Below, piece after piece: positions 33,613 to 44,214 of a stretch of 64,000 bases of DNA (position 1 is the first letter of the stretch; every line of letters begins with the position of its first letter). The notes beneath the pieces are model-generated. The model had not been told where the DNA came from and ran no database searches. It worked only from the letters and a program-made list of their open reading frames with translations. Where the stretch lies: assembly GCA_010093815.1 (NCBI GenBank), contig ML996572.1; one strand, written 5' to 3'. Position numbers and translations under genes: made by a program. This DNA comes from Pseudovirgaria hyperparasitica (taxonomy: Eukaryota).

Positions 33613-36600
33613 ATACTTAAGGGTACTACCGAGCTAGGATAACATATCCTTCTAGGAGACTTTAACCTCTATTATAGCTAGTAGGGTAGACTAACCATTA
33701 CCCGCGAAGAGCTTCGAGCTAGAGAACTACGTACCTAATGCCACGGCTTTCTATACCTTCTTATACTAGTAGAATAGATTACCTAGCGAAAATATAAATA
33801 AGATAAGGGCGGATCCACACTCGACCTTACCCTAGCTACTAGATATATTTATAATAGGACTCGATACTACCGCCTAAGCCTTATATAGATAGACTCCAAC
33901 TATGAATGCATGGAGACTATAATAGATATATCCACCCCTTAAGACTAACGAGGGCGATAGCTATAGAAGAATACTAACTAGGAAAAGTATCTAAAGGACC
34001 TAGAATCGACGATCCTAGACCCGTCTATAGTCGACGTATCTAATAGCCCGGCTATTAACCAGGCCGTGAATATACTCCTATAGGCGTACTAGGGAGTAAG
34101 AGATAAACACGTGCCGTACCGAATATATAGACCCCTAGACCCGAAAAGTATACCTTAAGTGCGAGAGCATAGGCGAGAAGTCCGGAGATTATATATACGC
34201 GTATACTATAACTATACACCTAAAGCGTAGAATAAATAGAGAGAGGCGAGAAGATAATAAGATAAGGTCCTCCGTAATAAGCGACGTAAATAGTAGTATA
34301 TAGTTACGGATAGATACACACGTAATACTACTAGACTATAGTATATAGTAAAATAGGCTAAAAGCACCGCCTCCCCAACACCTATACTACTTATACCCCC
34401 TCTTATATATTAAGAAAAGATATACTCTATAAGCCTCGAGAAAATAGAGATCCTATAAGAGGTTATATTCCCTCTTCTAGAACCCGTAGACCTATTAGAT
34501 ATTAACGGCACGGAATACCCGGAAGCCGTAAGTATCCCTAGGGAAATCACGGATAACGATATACTCGGCGCTATTAAGATACTCCCGAACGATAAAGCGT
34601 CTAGGCTAGACGGAATTCCGAATTAATGTCTTAAGAGGACTATATAGGCGACCTTACTAATTATAGGCCATATATTCCGAGCGTACGCCCGTATAGGATA
34701 CCACCTATAGAGCTTCTAAACTATATACACGGTTATACTCCTAAAACTAGGGAAGAGCCTAAACACGCCGAAGGGATGGAGGCCGATCGCCCTCCTCTCC
34801 TACCTTAGTAAGGTACTAGAAGCTACGATTACTAAGAAGATAAGTATAGTAGTATAGGTACACGGCCTTCTTCTAGTAAACTAGAAGGCGAAGATAGGAA
34901 GCTCCCTAATTATAGCCATTTAATATATTCTTAAGGTTATCTAGACTATATAGAAACACGGACGAGTCGTCACGCTACTCTCCCTAGATATAGTAGGGGC
35001 GTTTAATAAGGTAAACCATATAAGACTTATCTATAACCTCCGGATAAGGCGAATACCTAAGTAGATTACATGATTTATATAGTCCTTCCTCGCGTAAAGG
35101 ACTACTTAAATATATATCCCCGGATACCGAAGCGAATATAAGGAGATGGTATACGGTATCCCGTAAGGGAGTACCATCTCCCTAATCCTCTTCCTCTTCT
35201 TTATAGTAGACCTCCTTTAGGGAATAGAATATATAGAGGTAGTCGGATACGCGGACGATATATATCTCCTCGCGGTCGATAGTAGTACTAGTAGAATATA
35301 TACACGACTCGAACGAGACTATAAGAAATAGGTCTAGTAGGTAAAGCGCCACGGAGTAAAATTCGCACCTAAAAAATACTAGCTTATATACTTTATTAAC
35401 CGCCGTAGAGAATAGACTACTAGGGAGGGGGTATGTCGCCCCTAAATCGACGCCTTTATAGAACTACTAGTATAGAGTATACGAGTACTCGGCGTTATAA
35501 TCGATAATAAGCTAAAATAGGGACTATAGGTGGTACACGCCGTCTCTAGAGCCCTCTAGGTAGAAACCGCTATACGCCGGATTACGGTATCTACGTAGAG
35601 AATAGCCCGGGATAAGGCGAGATAGCTATACGTCTCCCTAGTACGTCTAGCCTTTATATATAGATACGAGTACTAGTACACGGCCCTTATATAAGCTCGG
35701 CGAGTAAAGCTTAAGTCTATATAAAACCGTATACTCCGCCTTATCTCCGGTATATATAAAGCTACTAATATAACGCTCCTCTAACGCGAGATAAATATAA
35801 TAAGTATATAGAACTTCTACTAGATATAGAGACTTATATACTTTACTAAATAATAAGTATAAGAACGTGGAGGAGATAGGGTATATACCTTCGCTATACT
35901 ACGCACACGTATCCGCGTGTATTACTAGGCCCTCCCTACTATAGAATAAACTCGAGTATAATATAAATACTATATAGAGGCGGACTCGAGCTAGACCGTG
36001 TAGAAGGTTTAAAATAACCCGGATACCGTCCTAAGCTAATAGAGCCCTAAGGAGCTTAGCCGCGTTATACGGTCGTAGATCTAGGATAAATAGAGGGAGG
36101 TACTTAAAGCCTAGTGGGCCTCCTAATAGGATAGGTATCTAGAATAGATCTAAGGGCCTTAGAAGGAACTGAGTAAATAGATATATAAAGGGCTAACGAA
36201 GGCCTAAGTATCTATACTCCTCTAAGCCTAAATAGGCGCTATAGGTCTCCTATATTATCTCTACTAGAGAGGCGTCCTAGATATATCTCCCTAGTACGAG
36301 GACTACGGCCGGAGAGGCATAATACGCCACTATCTCGCGACGTACTCTAGCCTCTATACCCTAAGATAAGCCCTCGTACGTATAACGAGGACCTCTAACA
36401 TTACGCGATAGCTTAATAAGTACCCTAAGGACGTCGCCTAATAGATGCTCGTATACCTTTCTCTCCCCTAGTTCTAGTAGATCCGTGTATATATGCCGGA
36501 AGAAGCCCGATATATACTAGAAGAACCCCGGTATATGTCGGAAGAACCCCGGGAGAACCGCGATTATTAGTTAAGGGCAGCCCTTAACTAATAATCTCCG

Positions 36601-36843
36601 CATCTACACGTGCTACCTAAGGGTAAACTATTATAATATAGGCTATAGGCCTATAGGTAGCCCCTAGGGCTATATATATATAAAGAACGAGAGGATAGAC
36701 AGAGCGTAGTTATAGATATAAGGGAGTTTTTCCTATTCATAGGTTTCTTCTTATATAGTAGCTTAGACTAGAGGAGGCATGCGCCTATAGAGTAGTACTC
36801 TACCTAGTTTACTAATATTATTATTATTATTATTATACTATAT

Positions 36844-38800
36844 CTTAAGTCTCTTAAAGTACTCTATTAGATAGATAATAATAGAGATAACTTACTAGAT
36901 AGCCCCGAACTTACTATTACCCTTACGACCCTCTAGATAATAAGTAGTAACTTAGAGTAGTAGAAGTAACTTAAGATATTACCCTATAACGTCCTAATTA
37001 TAGTTAGTAAGGCTACTAGTCTAGATAAATAGAGGCTTCTAATTTCGAGTATTAACTCTCTTTATATAAGTCTTAACTTATTAAGTTATAGACTTAATTA
37101 TTATCGCCTTGTCTTTATTAGCCTAAGTCTTAAGCGCGCGTCTTAAATACTTCCTTAAACTACTAGGTTAGTAGCTTAATTAAGTATACTTATTTCTCTT
37201 ACAGGCTATCCTAACGCGCGTAGCTTCTCTACGCTTTATCTCTATCTCTTTTACCCTCTCGCGTTATATAACCTAGGTAATATAGTACTAGAAGAATTAG
37301 TAGAGGGCTTCTCTTAGCTTAATTACCCTTTTAATTACGGAGATATAGCTATTCTATTATATCTTTATAGGTATAATAATATCTAGTAGCTTAAAATTAG
37401 AATCTATAAAGGTAAATATAAGTAATAGAATAGATATAATAGGGTAACGTACCTAGCTTAGGAAGACTATTATTAATATCTCTCTAAATATCGTAGAATC
37501 GCCGTAAGCGTTCTAGAGTATTAATATACTAGATAATTATAAAAAGAGTACTAAGAGACCTAAACTTACGCCACTTATTAATTAATATATTCTTATCTTT
37601 TAAATCTAGTACGTCTTTATAAGTAAGCTTATCCTTCCTAAATAGAATACTCTTTATAATAAGATTAATAATATAGTAAAAGTACCGTATATAAAGATTT
37701 AGACGCTAGTTATCTCTAGAGCTAACTCTAGACTAAATTTCTTTATAAATATACTCTATCGTAGTATTATTATTTAAAGTAGAGTTAAGGATAAAGTAGC
37801 TAAGGTTCTTCGCCATAAGGTTATACTAATTTAGTATAGAGAGGGTAAGTTTAGTATAATTTAGACCTATATAGACTCTAATTATCTTAGGTAAGTTAAG
37901 GAGGAAGTCGTGGAATTCCCCTAGTAGTAATATTTATTAGTATACTTATTCCTTAGTATCTAAACTTTAAACTCTACGTAATTCCTTATCTTCTATATCT
38001 ATAAAATAGATATAATATTCTATAAGTATAAATCTCTACTAACGTATTATCTAGCTATTAAAGGAAACGTATATCCTTAATAAGGCCCTAGCTATAGCCT
38101 CTATAAGTATACTAATATTCGTATTATATATACTAATAATATCACGACGTAGGGTTTTCTATATAATTAGCTAGTCTACTACGTATAGATTTACTACTCG
38201 AATTATCTTAATAAAGAAAGGACTCTCTATCTCCCTTAAGGCGTAGTTACTATATATAATCTACTTTAGTACCTTCTTTATAAACTTATCTATATAGTAA
38301 GCTTTAATAATAGCGTTTACAGTAGCCTAGCTAATACTAGACCTATTAAGGAGTTACTAAAGAATAGAAGAAGTACTATCTATAATACTATCTTAAGTAA
38401 TTCCGTAGATAGCTTCTATATAGCGCCTAGTAGCTAAGGTCTATTAAGTAGCGTGGTATATTTCTATAAGATAAAGCTTTTTAAGATTATAATAATAGTA
38501 ATAAACCTAGTAGATTCGGCCTATTTTCTTCTCCTTAACCCTATATCTATAGCGCTATAGCTAGCTTAGCTCGCTACGAGTTAAGAGACGCTTAATAGAG
38601 ATATAGTATCTATAGAGGCGTATCTAGTTAATTATCTTATAGCCTTTAGAAGACTTAAAGTTAAAGGAAATATTATCTAAGTTATCTCGCTAAGCACGTG
38701 TGATTATTAGAGTATTACTAGAGATAGATACTACTAGTAGTATATTAAGTAACTCGGTTATAGACACGGTAGCTAAGGATAGAATAGATATAATTAAGGT
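36844..38800 (-). pseudogene. hAT transposase N-terminal and catalytic part, RIP-inactivated
   Basis: De-RIPed minus-strand motifs: BED-like YWVCxxC...TS..RHM..IHGI (~38400-38520), GYFILDSASNNDT (~37765-37803), RCFCHIINL (~37660-37687), TRWNS (~37348-37362). Confidence 0.8.
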
Positions 38801-38914
38801 TCTTTAGAGAGGTAAAAACGCGTATTAATTTATAGATATTAGGAATATTTAACATCCGTAGATATATCTTATATAGTATATCTATCTAATTTATATTACT
38901 AACTAGAATTAATG

Positions 38915-38919
<5 letters not shown>

Positions 38920-38945
<26 letters not shown>

Positions 38946-41900
38946 TTATATAACTAGGTAGAGTAGTACTCTATAGGCCTATGCCTCCTCTAGTCTAAGC
39001 TACTATATAAGAAGAAACCCTATAGGGAAAAACTTCCTTATATCTATAACTACATCTCGTTAAACCTCTATTTCGTCTTAAGTATATAGCTATAGGGTAC
39101 GCCTATTAGCCTATAGCCTATATTACCGTTATTTTACCCTTAGGTAGCACGTATAGGTGCGGAGGTTATTAGTTAAGGGCTGCCCTCAACTAATAATCAG
39201 GGTTCTCCCAGGGTTCTTCCAGTATATATCGGGTTACTACCAGCATATACCGGGTCTCTTCCAGTATATATTTCCGGGTCTACTAGTACTAGAGGAGTAG
39301 TAAATATATAAGTATCTATTAGGAGACGTCCTTAGGGTACTTATTAAGCTATTATATAATATCTAAAGTCTTCGTAATATAGATAAGCTATTACCGTTAT
39401 ATATAGAGGTTAGGGTATATAGCTAGATAGTGGCGTATTATACCTCTCCGGCTACACGCCTTACACTATAGGGAGGTATTAGGAATGCCTCTCTTATAGA
39501 TATAGTATAGGAGTCCTATAGCGCCCGTTCGGGCTTAGATAAGTATAGATACTTAGGCTTTCGTTAGCCCTTTATATATCTATTTACTCGGTTCCTTCTA
39601 TAGCCCTCGAATCTACTCTAGGTACCTATCCTACTAGAAGGTCTAGTAGATATAGAGTATCTCTTTCTACTTATCTTAAGTCTATAACTATATATTTTTT
39701 ATAAGTTCTTAAAGGCTCTACTAGTCTAGAAGAGCGTCCGGATTATCTTGGACTTCTTATACTACTTAGCTAGAGTCGGCTTCTATTAAGCACCTATACC
39801 GTATTCGATTCTAGCCTATATATAGGAGTGCGCGGTAATATATACTAATTCGTACACGTAGCGCGGCGAAAGTATATTCTACGTTTTCTATACGTTTCTA
39901 TACTTATTATTTAGTAAAGTATACTACCCTCTATATCTAGTAGAAGTTATATATACTTATAACGTCTATCTCGCGTCGTAGTAGTACCGTGTTAGTAGCT
40001 TTATATACGCCTAATATAAGATAGAGTATACGGTTCTATATAGATTCGAGCTTTATTTACCTAGTCTATATAAGGGCCGTGTACTAGTACTCGTGTCCGT
40101 ATATGAAGGCGGGTCGTACTATAGATATATATAGCTAGCGTGCCTTATCCCGGGCGGTTCTCTATATAGAGACTATAATCCGTCGTATAGCGGCTTCTAT
40201 CTAGAGGGCCCTAGAGACGGCGTATACTACTTATAGTCTCTATTTAAGCTTACTATCTAGTATAACTCCGAGCGTGCGTATGCTTTATACTAGTAGTTCG
40301 TTAAATACGTCGATTCGGGGGCGTTATTCGCCTTCCCTAGTTATCTATTTCCCTTAATAATTAATAAAGTATATGAGCTAGTATTTCTCTAGGGCGAACT
40401 TTGCTCTATGGCGTTTTATCTACTAGAGGTACCTCTCGTGGTCCTATTCTAGTCGTCTACACGTTCGGTTAGTATTATTATTAATAGCTAGGAGGTATAT
40501 ATTATCGGCGTATCCGACTACCTCTATATACTTTATTTCTTAAAGAAGGTCTACTATAAAGAAGAGGAATAGGATCGGAGAGATAGTACTCCCTTATAGA
40601 ATGCCGTATACTATCTCTTTATATTCGCTCTAGTACCTAGGGATATATATCTAAGTTATTCTTTCTATAAGGAATAACTATATAAAGCGTGTAATCTATT
40701 CTAGTATTTATCTTATCCGGAGGTTATAAATAAGTCTTATATAGTTTACCTTATTAAACGCTCCGGCTATATTAAGGGAGAGGAGCGATACTACCCGTCC
40801 CTATTTCTATACGGCCTAGACGACTTTAATAATATATTAGATAGCTATTATTAGGGAGCTATCTATCTTTACCTTCTAGTTCGGAGGGAGAAGATTATAT
40901 TCCTATACCGCGGTACTTATCTTCTTCGCTATTATAGCCTCTAGTATCTTACCTAGGTAGAAGAGAAGGGCGATTAGTCTCTATCCCTTTAGGGAGTTAG
41001 GGCTCTTTTCTAGTTTCGGGAGTATAATAGTATAGGCAACTCGGAAGCTCTAGGGGTGGTACCCCTACGTAACGCATGCTTAGAATATATAAGTAATAAG
41101 CGGTAGGGTCGCTTTTATAGTATTTTTTAGGTATTAATTTAGAATTCTATCTAGTCCGGGTGCTTTATCATTTAGGAGTATCTTAATAATATTAAGTATA
41201 TCCTCCTCCGTAACTTCTTCGGGGATGTCTACCGTATATAGATATTTAGCGCCGTGAACGTCTAATAGGTCTACTAGTTCCGGGAGAGGGAACATGGCCT
41301 TCTATAGGGCCTTAGTTTTCTTAAGGCCCGTGGAGTATATTCTCCCCTAATATATTAGGGGAGGCATAAGTAGCGGGGGTGTTAGAGTATCTACGCCCTT
41401 AGCCTATTTCGCCATACGCTATAGCCCTATTATATATTATATCTATTAACTAGTAATTATACGCTACTATTTACGCCTTTTATTATAGAGAACTTTATCG
41501 CGTTATTGTATCGCTTCCTTCTATTCTTCCTATAACTTAGGTATCCTTATATAGTATACGCGTCTATATAGCCTTCGGGCGTCTTATCTACTTTCCCGTA
41601 CTTAAGGAATCTCCTTTACTTCTAGGGGCCGGTATATTTAGTATAGTACGTGTTTATTTCTCGTATTCTAGTATATTTATAGGAGTGTCTATACGGCCTA
41701 GTCTATGGCTAGGTCGTTAGATATATCGACTATAGAGGGATCTAGAATCGCCGATTCTAGGTCCTTTAGGTACTTTTCCTAGTTAGTGTCCTTCTATATC
41801 TATTATCCCCGTTATTTATTCGGGGTATACACGTCTATTATAGTTTCTATATATTCGTGGTCGGAATCCGTCTATATCTAGCCTAGGCGGTAGTATTAGA

Positions 41901-44214
41901 TCTGGTAACTAATATACTCCGTGGCGAAGGTAAGGTTAAGCGTAGACCCGTCTTTATCCTATTTATGTTTTTTCTATATAACTTATTCTATAGGTATAAG
42001 TAGGTATAGGAAGTCGTGGTAGTGGGTACGTAGTTCCCTTACTCTAAGTTCTTCCCTAACCACGGCTAGGCCTCTCTACTATTAGTGGTAGAGGTTAAAG
42101 TCTCCTAGGAGGATATGTTACCCTAGTTCCGTAGTACCCTCGAGTATCTCGTCTAGTATAAGTATACGTTATTAGTTATATATATTATATATATATAGGG
42201 GGCCTATATCTATTTATAGGTGTAGTATTATCCTAAGGTTATCGTACTCGGTATACGACTATAATAAAAGTAGTATTAACCTATAAATGTGGAAGAGGAC
42301 TCATCTTTCTAGTCCTAGAGGGTATATAGTATGGTATCCGGGGTGTGTGGTTAGTTTACTTATCTAGTAGTATTTATAGGGTTCCTAGATAGCGAGTATT
42401 ATAGCCCTAGTCTCTTTAAGGAGCGTCGCCTAGTTCTCTCTTTTATATTATATATTTATCTATATAATTTAGAGTATATTCTAGTCTCTTATTAGATACT
42501 AGAGAGTATATATACCTATATACTTATTCCTCGGAGGCGCGACTATCCTCGCGCGGTAGCGGCTTTAACTATACCTTTTAGTCGTCCTATCGTCTTTAGA
42601 ATAGTCTACTATTCTATCTAACTATCTTCTAGAGGGGAGGTTAGGGGTATTATAAAGGAAGGGCTTATAGTAGGTATTATATTCTATAACTATCTCGCGC
42701 CTCTCGATTTTAATTATATGAATATATTCTATAACCTATTTACGTTTTATATATGTTAATAACCATGATAGGTATTTCCTATTATAGTTTAAACACTATA
42801 CTATATCCCTATTTCTTAGTCTATCTCCTCGTGGTTTATAAGGGCACTCCTAGATAGCGTGGTCCCTACGGTACTATCCGTACTTAGTCTTCTATAAGTA
42901 CCTTTATATAGTATATCTATACCCTTAATAGTTAAAGTACTATATTATTACCTATACTCTATTCTATGGCTCGGCTATAAGGAGCTCTCCTTCTATTAGA
43001 AATCCCTCCTATATAATATATTATACGAGGGCGGGGTCTCGGAGCTCTATAATTATAGTAGAGTGTTTTTTCGCCGTCGTCTTAATCGTCTATAGGTTCT
43101 TCTACTACGCTTTTATAATCTTAATCCCTGGGTATTTTTGCGTATTAGATTATTCTATACGCGTAATATCCTCCGCTCCGATAGCCTATCCCCGTATAGG
43201 TACTACGTGTACTATAATCGGGTATATAGCTACTCTAATAGACGCGCCGGGGAAGATACTATCTATTACGTTTAGATCTCGCGAGATGTTTTACTACGTA
43301 GTATTCATTATAGTAGTAAGTACTACCCTACCTAGCGTAACTTTAGTAGCTATAACACTCGACTATATTCCTTTCTATTCGTTAATCTTATTTATAATTT
43401 CCTTTAGAGATATCTATTAGACCTACGCTAGCGTGTTCTTATTCTAGATTATAACACGTATACTATATACTCTATCTATAGTCCTAGTAGTTCTTAGTAT
43501 AGTGGCTCCGGGTATTACTATAATCTAAGCCTACGTATTAGGGCGCTTACCTTAGGATAGCTCTTTCTAGATTCTCCGTAGGCTAGCTTCTATTTAGTTA
43601 AGCCTACTACTAGGTTCCTCTTATAGTAACTTTCTTTCTTCCTCCGTAATTCCTCTTAGATTCCGGATAAGGTTCCGGAATATATAAAGGAGGGTCTTCT
43701 TTCCCTCCTCGGCGTCCCTCTCTATATATATTATCTAGTATTTAATTTTATCTAGGAGGGTCTCCCCTCTCGGGGTCCCCTTAGTCTAGGTTATCTATAG
43801 TGCTTCGTACCCTTAGTTAGTTCCTATATTTTAGATAGGTGTCTAGCTATCTATATTAATATTACTATATAGCCGTTTCTACTATACTAGTAGGGGTATA
43901 TCCGGCGTATGCTAGGGTATTATAATACCTAAGGCCGCCATGGTTATTAGTTAAGGGTAGCCCTTAACTAATAAAAGGGGGTCGGCGTATCGGCGTTTAT
44001 TAGATATAGTCTATACTTATATTATTAAAGAGTCTTTAAGTATATATATATAGTATCTCTATACGTTAGTATCGTTATATATTATACACTATACGTATAC
44101 ACGTGTGTCGGAGGTTATTATACTTAGTATACTCTATTATTTAATGTATATAAATCGCTGTTTTACCCCGAGTTGACCAGTTTGGTCCGTTAGGGTATGA
44201 GAAGTTTTTTTTTT
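38920..44214 (-). mobile_element. Full-length Tad1-like LINE (copy B, ~5.3 kb), diverged relative of copy A, RIP-mutated
   Basis: 16-bp TSD tagaattaatgtataa 38904-38919 / 44215-44230; (TAA)n tail on plus strand ~38917-38944; VVGYAD(D) at 40501-40521, LLGDFNL ~42090-42112; ORF1 ~42490-44014, ORF2 ~39170-42497. Confidence 0.92.

Larger units (their letters stand above)
21849..36591 (+). pseudogene. LINE A ORF2 (AP endonuclease + reverse transcriptase), split at 22197/33617 by the Gypsy insertion
   Basis: II(Q)VNV and LAI(Q)E(P) ~21870-21963; LLGDFNL(HH) ~33649-33675; WRPIALLS ~34777; P(Q)GSTIS(P)ILF 35161; GYADDI ~35245. Confidence 0.88.
20120..36833 (+). mobile_element. Full-length Tad1-like LINE (copy A, ~5.3 kb net), interrupted by an LTR element, RIP-mutated
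   Basis: TSD tatactatat 20110-20119 / 36834-36843; (TTA)n tail ~36816-36833; ORF1 and ORF2 relics; colinear with copy B. Confidence 0.9.
20355..43974. repeat. Dispersed ~33-bp palindrome, 7 copies: 20355-20387, 22715-22749, 29990-30028, 32709-32737 (degenerate), 36562-36596, 39164-39198, 43944-43974
   Basis: Consensus (G)ATTATTAGTTAAGGGC-W-GCCCTTAACTAATAAT(C) read directly at each site. Confidence 0.95.

Noticed and set aside
36760..36810. Hammerhead ribozyme in the LINE 3' three-stem structure
   Set aside because: CUGAUGA and GAAA core sequences are not present even allowing for RIP.
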